Shown: positions 19,638-32,000 of the stretch, in pieces | How positions within the stretch are numbered: position 1 is the first letter of the stretch | Layout of the letters: each line of letters begins with the position of its first letter | Assembly (NCBI GenBank): GCA_963735155.1 | Contig: CAVTJU010000003.1 | Coordinates: 1,147,319 to 1,179,318, forward strand | DNA: 32,000 nt | Source of the DNA: an uncultured Fibrobacteraceae bacterium | GTDB taxonomy: Bacteria; Fibrobacterota; Chitinivibrionia; Chitinivibrionales; Chitinispirillaceae | Direction: 5' to 3' | Made by a program: the position numbers and the translations under genes | The notes under the pieces: model-generated | What the model saw: only the letters and a program-made list of their open reading frames with translations | Told to the model about the DNA's origin: nothing | The model's database searches: none

Positions 19638-20090
19638 ATGAAACCGGATATTCGTTTTTTAGTGCAAAGTGTACAAATGCATTTCGATAATATTTCCTAT
19701 TATTACGATAAAGAAAATGGAGTTGTCATAAGTGTCAGTACTGATGCACTTGCTGCAGCTGCTGATAGTAGTAGCTTCTATATTAGTAGCGTTGATAAAG
19801 ATGAATTTGGGCTCGCAAAGACATTGACAACTGATTGTGATCGGTACATTCCTCTTCCAGATTCAAAACAATGTAATGAACGTAAAATGATGGAATCTTT
19901 TTGTAAAACAATTAAGAACGAAACTCTCAGTGAAGATATGCTTGCGAATGTAATGTGTAAGGCTGGAGAAAAATTATTCAGCAAAGATATTATTAAACAT
20001 AAATTGGAGGAAAAATGGGCTGCGTACAAAAACCAAAAATATGAAGATGTGATAATAAAATGGTGTAAAAAGAATAATATCGGGATGTAG
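19638..20090 (+). CDS. Conserved hypothetical protein, UPF0158-like
   Basis: 150 aa; 'CDRYIPLPDS', 'IIKHKLEEKWAAYKNQKYEDVIIKWCKKNNI' resembles the C-terminal part of the UPF0158 family; RBS upstream. Confidence 0.6.
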   Translation: MKPDIRFLVQSVQMHFDNISYYYDKENGVVISVSTDALAAAADSSSFYISSVDKDEFGLAKTLTTDCDRYIPLPDSKQCNERKMMESFCKTIKNETLSEDMLANVMCKAGEKLFSKDIIKHKLEEKWAAYKNQKYEDVIIKWCKKNNIGM

Positions 20091-20236
20091 AACTGTTGGT
20101 TTTTGCAGGTTCTCTTGAATTAGCAAAAACAGGGTAAATTCACCCCACTTGAAGGTTTTTCACCTTCTGGAATCGGTTTGCTACATAAATAACAAATTTC
20201 TTCAGCCATATAAATTTTCCTGAAAGATTAAGCCGG

Positions 20237-20609
20237 CTAAATGAACACTCCTGGATTGCACTTAAAGATCTCAGCCAGATTCCTTAGCTTTTTTCCGGCT
20301 GATCGTCCTTTTCCCCGTTTCCATGTCCGAAAGGTACGGAACACTTACACCGATCATTTCAGAAAGCTGACTTTGGGTGAGATTGCGCGCTTTGCGATAG
20401 GTCTTCAGATAATCCTTCGGTTTCATCTCAGAATCCATCTTCTTGTACCAATCGGTGGTTTTAATATCCACCAGCTCTTCCGAATCATCTTCATCGTTCA
20501 CGGTTTCGATATATTTAGAATACTGTTCACGGATTGCCTGAACCACTTTCAAAGGAGTTCTCGGTTTCAGACGGATATTAATATGGTGCGCTCTCGCGAC
20601 TGCCAACAT
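20237..20609 (-). pseudogene. HigA-like XRE-family HTH antitoxin, C-terminus displaced by an apparent +1 nt in an A6 run
   Basis: ORF 20271-20609: 'MKPKDYLKTYRKARNLTQSQLSEMIGVSVPYLSDMETGKRTISRKKAKESG*'. Removing one A from CCGGAAAAAAGC (20289-20294 on +) restores 'SRKKLRNLAEIFKCNPGVFI*' ending at 20237. Confidence 0.75.
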
Positions 20610-20847
20610 AGTACACCTCTATTGTTAAAGTTCCTTTCTCCTCTGTCCAACAGGCCACATAATGGTACGTAAGGTGGCAGTGGTACTTATTACCATCTAA
20701 TTTGCTAAAATTCGGCCAACCCGTAGCTCCTCTGGTCCCGGATGCCTGAAGTACCTCCACCAAAGCCTTGAATTTCTTCTGAATATGTGGTGGGATCTTG
20801 CCTATACCCTTAATTACGGATTTTTTAATCAGAATCTTATGGGCCAT
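20578..20847 (-). CDS. HigB/RelE-superfamily toxin-like protein
   Basis: 89 aa from ATG 20847: 'MAHKILIKKSVIKGIGKIPPHIQKKFKALVEVLQASGTRGATGWPNFSKLDGNKYHCHLTYHYVACWTEEKGTLTIEVYYVGSRESAPY'; overlaps the downstream HTH gene by ~32 nt, the toxin-first order of higBA. Confidence 0.75.
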   Translation of the reverse strand: MAHKILIKKSVIKGIGKIPPHIQKKFKALVEVLQASGTRGATGWPNFSKLDGNKYHCHLTYHYVACWTEEKGTLTIEVYYVGSRESAPY

Positions 20848-21004
20848 ATCTAAAATATACCCTTTTTTAGGTAAGTAGTAAAGTCCAAAAAAATCCTGGT
20901 CAAGATCTTCTCTTGCCGAGACTCCAAGGAATGGGTGCTTACTGTAGTAAAAGAAGCGGAAAAGGGATAGAATCTGGGATAGACAAAAGTGGTAAAATTC
21001 AAAT

Positions 21005-21053
21005 AAAAAAGGCACTCAAACCTTTGATTCTATTGGTTTCGAGTGCCTTTTTT
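21005..21053. terminator. Strong, bidirectional-looking Rho-independent terminator
   Basis: AAAAAAGGCACTCAAACC-loop-GGTTTCGAGTGCCTTTTTT, near-perfect stem with A and T tracts on both sides. Confidence 0.85.
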
Positions 21054-21057
21054 AAAA

Positions 21058-21131
21058 TACCCCCAGCCCGAATCGAACGGGCGACACCAGGTTTAGGAAA
21101 CCTGTGCTCTATCCTACTGAGCTATGGGGGC
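21058..21131 (-). tRNA. tRNA-Arg(CCT)
   Basis: Minus strand GCCCCCATAGCTCAGTAGGATAGAGCACAGGTTTCCTAAACCTGGTGTCGCCCGTTCGATTCGGGCTGGGGGTA; full cloverleaf of 74 nt, anticodon loop TTCCTAA. Confidence 0.95.
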
Positions 21132-21445
21132 AAATTTGATCCAAAAATATAAACTATGCTCAAAAATTTTCAAACAGGTAAATTTCTTGTATTCAAATAC
21201 ATATGTATAGAAACACATCTGTAGCAAAGTTTGTAGTCCTATTTTTCTTATAAAATGTTTATCCTCTTGATAAAATCGGGAGATCAGGATAAAAGCTCTT
21301 TATGCAAATAATGATACAAAAAACAATAATCAGTTGTTAGAGAAGTTCAATTAAATCAGGATTATGGATAGAAGGTTGAATTAAATTTAGCAAAAAAATA
21401 GAGGAGTCGGAACAGTATTGTTCCGACTTCCCTGAATAGTACCGG

Positions 21446-22872
21446 TCAACTACGCAGATATTCATCGATCTGACGGGCAGCCTGACGCCCGTGGTATATT
21501 GCCCGAACAACAAGTGATGCCCCTGTACCGGCATCACCGGCAGTAAAGACGCCCTTTGATGAAGTCAAATGGTTATCTATACATTTGATATTACCGCGCT
21601 GATCATAATCGATCTTGAGATCTTCAAGTAGTCTACTATGCTGAACATGAACAAATCCCATAGCCAGCAGAACAAGATCAACTTTCATTGTAAATTCACT
21701 GCCAGGAATTTCGGTCATTTTAAACTGACCATTTTCACCTTTCTTCCATTCGACTCTGGCAAATGTTCCGTTTTCAACACGGGTATGTTTACCATTAAAT
21801 TGACGTGTGGTGATTGACCAGTCCCGCTCGCAACCTTCTTCATGTGAAGAAGATGTACGGAGTATATTTGGCCAGAAGGGCCAATTTGGATTTGTAGATT
21901 CTGTCCATACTTGTGGTTTGGGCATGATTTCGTATTGATAAACTTTCTTTGCTCCTTGACGATTTGCGGTTCCGACACAATCCGAGCCTGTATCACCGCC
22001 GCCAATTACAAGGACTACTTTATCTTTAGCATTAATCTTCTGATCATCTTTACTTATTTCGCCACTGACAAGCCGGTTCGATTCACCCAAATAATCCAAA
22101 GCGAAATGAATCCCATCCAGACCACGCCCTGCTACATTAAGATCACGCGGTTCACCTGCACCCATGGTTAGTAGTACGACATCATAAGTCCTTTGGAGGT
22201 AACGAGCACTTATATCTTCACCGATAATTACATTGGTTGCAAATTGAACCCCTTCTGCGCGCATCTGCTCCATGCGTCTATCAATGACCCACTTCTCCAG
22301 CTTGAAATCAGGAATACCATAACGCAAAAGACCACCGATTTTATTATGCTTTTCGAAAAGTGTTACCGAGTGCCCCTTACGACGGAGCTGCTGAGCCGCT
22401 GCTAATCCAGCAGGACCGCTTCCTATTATTGCTATCTTCTTTCCGGTTTCTTTTCGCGGTGGACGAGGAATAATAAGACCCTCTTTAAATCCATTCTCAA
22501 TAATGGCAAGCTCTATCTGTTTAATAGTCACCGGAGCACTGTTGTAAGAGAGTGTGCAAGCAGCTTCACAAGGCGCAGGACAGATTCTTCCGGTAATTTC
22601 CGGAAGATTATTGGTCAATTCAAGACGCATCAATGCATCACGCCAATCGCCTTTGTAAATGCAATCGTTCCACTCAGGAATAAGGTTGTAAATGGGACAT
22701 CCTACTGCATGACAATAGGGAATGCCGCAATCCATACAGCGCCCACCCTGATTTTTAAGCACATCCGCTGTTACTGGTATTGTAAATTCATTATAGTTTT
22801 TCAATCGCTCGGATGCAGGCAGATAAGTGCCGGTAACCCGCTTATACTCTAAAAAGCCGTTTGTCTTACCCA

Positions 22873-22873
<1 letters not shown>
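21446..22873 (-). CDS. gltD: Glutamate synthase small subunit
   Basis: 475 aa; 'CMDCGIPYCHAVGCPIYNLIPEWNDCIYKGDW', 'CPAPCEAAC', 'IAIIGSGPAGLAAAQQLRRKGHSVTLFEK', 'VLVIGGGDTGSDCVG', 'GVFTAGDAGTGASLVVRAI'. Confidence 0.96.
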
Positions 22874-27412
<4,539 letters not shown>

Positions 27413-27755
27413 TCCTTACTACCTCGGTTTTATCTATATGTTGAAGTAAAAATGTCTATTCTTTTTATTTTGGCCATATTGTTAACCATTAAATCCAATT
27501 TTTTGCGTATACAAAGTATACTTCTTAACTCTGTATTTATCGTTTGTTATTCTCTGAACTCAAGCTTTGGCAATGCCTGAGCAGACCACCTAAACAGCCT
27601 CAGAAATTAACTTAATTTTTTGAAATAGACAACTTTTTTATAAAAAAAAAAGGAAAAATGTTGCACCCCTTTTTTTTAATTAAAAAAGCAAAAAGGCACA
27701 GAGTTTCGCTACAAAATTGTGTCGAGAAAGTACAAAATTGTTCTAAGAAGAGAGG

Positions 27756-28283
27756 CTATTTCTTGCGTGTGGTTCGTTTCGTTAATAACAGATTGCCAGT
27801 TGCGTATACATCATAATCACCACAATTATATGAAGCTTTTATCTTTACAGGCGAATTGTAAGGAATGTTGATCAAAGTAATCTTTGCTTTACCATCTGGT
27901 CCAGAGAAGAAACAGGTTTTATCATCCATATTTATTTCATTACATATAAAAGTCCCTGCAGTAGCTGTCAATCCAATCTGCCCACCGGAAATAGGTTCGC
28001 CATCTTTATTAAGGAGAAAGACCTCAACCAAAGCTTTGGGGGCAGCACTTTCAATTGACTGAACAGTACTGACTTTTATTGAAAGTGTACAAGAGGTTAC
28101 CACTTTTTCATCTGTATATATAGTACCCATCGTACCATCGTCTGAACTAAATGTAACGTTTGTAATTGTTATCAGGAATAAAACAAAAAAAAGTATTCTA
28201 TAATGTATCAAAATCAACCACCTATCAAAAGGATAAAATATTTCATATATTGTTAATATATAGTTTTTGGCAACTTTAGTCAA
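27756..28283 (-). CDS. Small secreted protein with Ig-like (Big_1/invasin-type) domain; start uncertain
   Basis: Hydrophobic segment 'ILFFVLFLITITNVTFS' then 'APKALVEVFLLNKDGEPISGGQIGLTATAGTF...FSGPDGKAKITLINIPYNSPVKIKASY'. Confidence 0.6.
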   Translation of the reverse strand: MTKVAKNYILTIYEIFYPFDRWLILIHYRILFFVLFLITITNVTFSSDDGTMGTIYTDEKVVTSCTLSIKVSTVQSIESAAPKALVEVFLLNKDGEPISGGQIGLTATAGTFICNEINMDDKTCFFSGPDGKAKITLINIPYNSPVKIKASYNCGDYDVYATGNLLLTKRTTRKK

Positions 28284-29305
28284 TTTTTTACTATCTGACT
28301 ATAAACTTCAATGTAATCATTTACCATTCTTTCAGAAGAAAATCGCTTTTCAACTGTGCTTCGGCAAAAATGACGATCTATTATTGAAATCTGCGCTACA
28401 ACTTCAACTGCTTCATCGATTGTTGATACAAGAAAACCATTCTTTTTATTGGTAATTATCTCAGGCATACTTCCCCGATTAAAAGCTATTACAGGAGTTC
28501 CACACGCCATAGCTTCAACAACTGATAATCCGAACGGTTCATTGAAATGAATCGGGTGAAGCATCGCACGTGCGTTCCCTAATAGCTCATTTCTCTGACT
28601 CGGACCAATGCTTCCTAAATAGTGGATTTTTTTTCCATCGATTTCGGGTGCAATGAATGAATTAAAATATGATTGGTCCTGAATAATACCAGCCATAACC
28701 AGTTCCACACCAGCTTTCTTAGCTATCTTTATAGCATCGATAACTCCCTTATCCGCGTGCATTCTTCCAAGAAAAACAAGATATGATCCTGGATTGTTAA
28801 TAAATGTAAAATGTGATAAATCGATACCATGATAGATGGTTCTTAAATAGGTCAACTCTGTTGATTGGTCTGAATTGCTGATTGAAACATAGTTAACAAC
28901 ATCATTATATTTTTTAAAGACAGGAATAATCTGCGGAGATGAGAAACCATGTATTGTCGTTACCACAGGTGTAGATATGAGTTTGCAATAGGTAAGCGGC
29001 AAAAAATCAAAGTGGTTATGGATTATATCAAATTGTGATGCTTTTTCAAAACAATTAGAAATATGAAGGCACTCTGCCACTTTAGGGTCAACTGAACGGT
29101 CTTCCTCATACCCCCGTTGAATAGCTGATTCCAATTTACCTTTGGTTATAGAATCCGAAGATGCAAATAAAGTAACATCAAAACCCTTTTGTATGAGGGA
29201 TTCAGTAAGTAGTGAAGCAATCAATTCCCAGGGACCATAATGTCTGGGTGGAGTTCTCCATGCTACAGGGCTCAACATTGCAATTTTTAATGATTTCATA
29301 GTCAA
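28280..29305 (-). CDS. Glycosyltransferase family 4-like protein
   Basis: 341 aa; N-terminal 'SPVAWRTPPRHYGPWELIASLLTESLIQKGFDVTLFAS', C-terminal 'EPFGLSVVEAMACGTPVIAFNRGSMPEII'. Confidence 0.88.
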   Translation of the reverse strand: MTMKSLKIAMLSPVAWRTPPRHYGPWELIASLLTESLIQKGFDVTLFASSDSITKGKLESAIQRGYEEDRSVDPKVAECLHISNCFEKASQFDIIHNHFDFLPLTYCKLISTPVVTTIHGFSSPQIIPVFKKYNDVVNYVSISNSDQSTELTYLRTIYHGIDLSHFTFINNPGSYLVFLGRMHADKGVIDAIKIAKKAGVELVMAGIIQDQSYFNSFIAPEIDGKKIHYLGSIGPSQRNELLGNARAMLHPIHFNEPFGLSVVEAMACGTPVIAFNRGSMPEIITNKKNGFLVSTIDEAVEVVAQISIIDRHFCRSTVEKRFSSERMVNDYIEVYSQIVKN

Positions 29306-30120
29306 GGCTTTTTTAAATATTTCATTGCATAAGGTATTTTTCTTTTGATATTATCAATCCGTCGTTTATCAGATGGATGAGTGCTGAGATACACTGGAAT
29401 AATATTTTCTCCTTTAGTAGAAAAACGTTCCCAAAAGTTAATAGCCGATTGAGGGTTATATCCGGCCATCGCCATAAAAATCAAACCAAGCTGGTCAGCT
29501 TCACTCTCCTGTAAACGGCTATAGGGGAAAAGTACTCCAACTTCAGCCCCAAGTCCAAGAGCAGCTAACGCATATTTACGTGTCAGATCAGGTTTTTTAG
29601 ATAAAGCATTCGAAAGCGTAACTCCTCCCAATTCTACAAAAAGTGCCTGACACATTCTTTCATCCCCGTGCTTTGTGACTGCATGGGCAATTTCATGTCC
29701 AAGGACTACCGCAAGACCAGTATCATTTCTGGTGACAGGTAATATCCCTGTGTAAACACCGATTTTCCCACCTGGCATAGCCCAGGCGTTGGCAATTGAA
29801 TCCTCAATCAGAGCAAATTCCCACTTGTAGTTCTTAAGAAAAGTATTCATTTTCCGGCTCTGAAAAAAATGCTCAACTGAATTTTGGATCTGTTCTCCTA
29901 CTCTTTGCACCATTTCTACATCATTTCCCTCTTTGATTATCTTTTTTTCTTTAATGACTTCTCGATACGATTCAAAACTAAGAGCAAGCATCTGAGAATC
30001 CGGAATCAAATGCAATTGATTTCGTCCTGTTATCGGAACTGGTTGACAATTCACTAGAACTGTTATAATCAGGAACACAAATCTGAATCTGATTATATAG
30101 GTGGTATCAAGCTTTTTCAT
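29302..30120 (-). CDS. M48-family metallopeptidase, probable lipoprotein
   Basis: 272 aa; 'VVLGHEIAHAVTKHGDER' (HExxH), 'RLQESEADQLGLIFMAMAGYNPQSAINFWERF', signal/lipobox-like 'FVFLIITVLVNCQ'. Confidence 0.9.
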   Translation of the reverse strand: MKKLDTTYIIRFRFVFLIITVLVNCQPVPITGRNQLHLIPDSQMLALSFESYREVIKEKKIIKEGNDVEMVQRVGEQIQNSVEHFFQSRKMNTFLKNYKWEFALIEDSIANAWAMPGGKIGVYTGILPVTRNDTGLAVVLGHEIAHAVTKHGDERMCQALFVELGGVTLSNALSKKPDLTRKYALAALGLGAEVGVLFPYSRLQESEADQLGLIFMAMAGYNPQSAINFWERFSTKGENIIPVYLSTHPSDKRRIDNIKRKIPYAMKYLKKP

Positions 30121-30122
30121 AA

Positions 30123-30908
30123 TCAGAACCTTATTAATTTTGTTTTGAGATTAAAAAGAGTTTCTATAAAAGTGGGAAAAAGTAGAGAGAGTTTAGCACT
30201 GATAAGACTAATGAAACTCATATATACTTCTCGATAGTCTTTTTTTGCTGCTTCAATTATTTTTTGCGATACAAACTCCGGAGAACGGCCACGTAATTTA
30301 CTTATCATATTTCCATTTGCTTTTATTCCCATACTATGCTTAAAAAAATCAGTTGCAGTTAAGCCTGGATAGACTGTAACAACTTGAATGTTTTTTTTCT
30401 TGAGCTCATATCGTGATGCATCTGAAATACCGTTGAGAGCTAATTTGCTGGCTCGATATCCACCACTTCCCGAAGTGACAATTTTTGTTATCATCGATGA
30501 AACATTAATAATTTTTCCACTTCCGGATGCGATCATGGAAGGCAAAACAGCTTGAGTGAGCACAAGCGGAGCAAACACATTTATTTCGAATAGCTTTCTT
30601 AGATCGTCAACATTCATTTCTTCAATAAAGGAAGATAAACCCACTCCTGCATTATTGATAAGAATATCGATTTTATTAAATGTAGAAAGAGTTTGATTAA
30701 TCAAATTTTTAACAGCTTCTTTTTGGGTAATATCTGCTGGAATTACAAGATTGGTGGTACTTAATCCGTTTGCAACCCGTTTTAAATTATCAACTGAACG
30801 AGCTATAAGTACCAAATTCGAACCCTCTTTGGAGAATGCTTTTGCGGTAGCTTCACCAATTCCTGAGGATGCACCGGTTATAAGTACAGTCTTACCTCGT
30901 AAATTCAT
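30123..30908 (-). CDS. Short-chain dehydrogenase/reductase
   Basis: Start MNLRGKTVLITGASSGIGEATAKAF (ATG at 30908; ORF open to 30968); NNAG motif, YRASKLAL catalytic YxxxK. Confidence 0.92.
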   Translation of the reverse strand: MNLRGKTVLITGASSGIGEATAKAFSKEGSNLVLIARSVDNLKRVANGLSTTNLVIPADITQKEAVKNLINQTLSTFNKIDILINNAGVGLSSFIEEMNVDDLRKLFEINVFAPLVLTQAVLPSMIASGSGKIINVSSMITKIVTSGSGGYRASKLALNGISDASRYELKKKNIQVVTVYPGLTATDFFKHSMGIKANGNMISKLRGRSPEFVSQKIIEAAKKDYREVYMSFISLISAKLSLLFPTFIETLFNLKTKLIRF

Positions 30909-31000
30909 AATTAATGTATTAAGAAAAGGTTTGTAATTTATATAAAGAAGCAGCAAAAAATTGACCACAGGAGCATTGTGGCCTGAGGAATTATACTGTA

Positions 31001-32000
31001 TTATTTATTCTTGAATTCCAGTATCGAAGCAGATGATTGATAATAAATAAATTTCAGATAATTTTCAGTTTGAGCAACTGATTCAATCCTAAACTCATCA
31101 ATTGCCCCCTGAAAAGATCTGGTAAGTAAATCTCGGCCCGCAATTACATTAATATCTGAGCCAATAAAAATTATTCCTGTTTTGGAAGTAGTTATATTTA
31201 CTGTAAAAGGAACGGTTTTAATCGCAGTACTGTTAATATATAATGTCAATTCATTCGCATTCGATCTGATCAGAGCAAGATGATTCCAACTGGTATCTTC
31301 CGGGAGTTTTTCTTTAATCAATGTATCTTTAGAATTCCAGATAGAGATTGTCCCAGAGCTGTCAAATGAGATTCCGAAAGGTATTGTATCATTTTCACCA
31401 TAGTAAAATGAAAAAAGACTACTTTTTTGCCGATAATCCTTCTGGTACCAGAAAGAAACCGTAAAAGGGCCTGTTCCAAATGAACAATCTTTTAACGAGT
31501 CAATGATAATATAATCTTCTTCTTTGTAGTCGAAATTCTTCCCATACCCGCTGACTCCTTCACGGCCGCGCGCATAGATGAAATCGTCACCATGATTGGC
31601 CATCACAGTTACATCTGAATACAAGTTTCTGTTCTTAACTCCGGGAGATTCCTGATTAACATGCAAAACCGCTCTGAAACCAAGCGTTGTATCAAAAACC
31701 TGTTTTCCCGATGAAAAATTGTCAGCTTTAGAATTCCCCCAAAATAAATTTATGTACTGAGAGGAATTATGAGCTGAAATAGAATCAACTAACACCCATA
31801 GTGCAGCATTTGTACCAACTGAATCCCATCGTTCAATTTCAAATGGTAATTGTCTGCCTTTACTCGATGTAAATAGAAGACCCTTTCCATCCGCCGAAAC
31901 CTGATTGAAATCAAATGTAGTATGATCGAGCCGCACCAGAAGGGGAAACTTACCAATCCCTCCCGTGAGATCAATAGAAGAACTGTTAATGTAAATTTTA
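31001..32000 (-). CDS. DUF2341 + LamG/concanavalin-like surface protein, truncated by the right window edge
   Basis: Frame is open from 31936 to the edge ('KIYINSSSIDLTGGIGKFPLLVRLDHTTFDFNQVSADGKGLLFTSSKGRQLPFEIERWD'); LamG-like 'FTVSFWYQKDYRQKSSLFSFY...WNHLALIRSNANELTLYINSTAIKTVPFTV...GAIDEFRIESVAQTENYLKFIYY'. Confidence 0.85.
   Translation of the reverse strand, partial: KIYINSSSIDLTGGIGKFPLLVRLDHTTFDFNQVSADGKGLLFTSSKGRQLPFEIERWDSVGTNAALWVLVDSISAHNSSQYINLFWGNSKADNFSSGKQVFDTTLGFRAVLHVNQESPGVKNRNLYSDVTVMANHGDDFIYARGREGVSGYGKNFDYKEEDYIIIDSLKDCSFGTGPFTVSFWYQKDYRQKSSLFSFYYGENDTIPFGISFDSSGTISIWNSKDTLIKEKLPEDTSWNHLALIRSNANELTLYINSTAIKTVPFTVNITTSKTGIIFIGSDINVIAGRDLLTRSFQGAIDEFRIESVAQTENYLKFIYYQSSASILEFKNK

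Noticed and set aside
20241-20672. ORF 20241..20672 (+)
   Set aside because: Antisense to the HigA-like gene; no recognisable domain; the minus-strand HTH is clear.
20237-20847. Part of a defence island
   Set aside because: Only a lone TA pair among housekeeping genes (wrbA, tRNA, gltBD); no other defence, integrase or transposase genes seen.
20913-21152. ORF 20913..21152 (+) containing 'PPARIERATPGLGNLCSILLSYGG'
   Set aside because: It is translation through the terminator and the antisense of tRNA-Arg; a common spurious ORF.
21258-21293. TTTATCCT ... AGGATAAA inverted repeat after gltD as a terminator
   Set aside because: 8-bp A/T-rich stem with a 20-nt loop and no clear T-run; too weak to call.
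31789-31974. ORF 31789..31974 (-)
   Set aside because: Overlaps in another frame the DUF2341/LamG-like coding sequence, which is open through to the window edge with convincing motifs.

Overview
A 32 kb chromosomal-looking window, mostly minus-strand. From left to right it holds: (1) a ~2.2 kaa secreted surface protein with a FlgD-like C-terminus and a ~1 kb internal supermodule repeated four times (9-6746); (2) an intergenic pair of oppositely oriented 21-bp tandem repeat arrays sharing a CAGAAAT/ATTTCTG core (7184-7735), the least explained element here; (3) a complete phosphate-acquisition/Pho cluster, transcribed phoU2-porin-pstS(frameshifted)-pstC-pstA-phoB-phoR-pstB-phoU1, with a possible PHO-box-like set of 11-bp repeats upstream (17227-17270); (4) SRPBCC/AHSA1-like protein, ThiF-family protein, WrbA-like flavoprotein and UPF0158-like hypothetical; (5) a HigB/HigA-like toxin-antitoxin pair whose antitoxin frame is broken at an A6 run; (6) a strong terminator hairpin and tRNA-Arg(CCT); (7) gltD plus a gltB whose reading frame is broken at about 15 places, nearly all apparent single-base insertions; (8) a small secreted Ig-like protein, a GT4 glycosyltransferase, an M48 metallopeptidase, an SDR oxidoreductase, and a DUF2341/LamG-like protein running off the right edge. 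I found no CRISPR array, transposase, reverse transcriptase or recognisable new defence system. The best candidates for follow-up are the convergent 21-bp arrays and the clustered same-sign frameshifts in gltB, which are probably a sequence-quality problem but need checking. All family calls are from reading the translated sequence; no database search was run.
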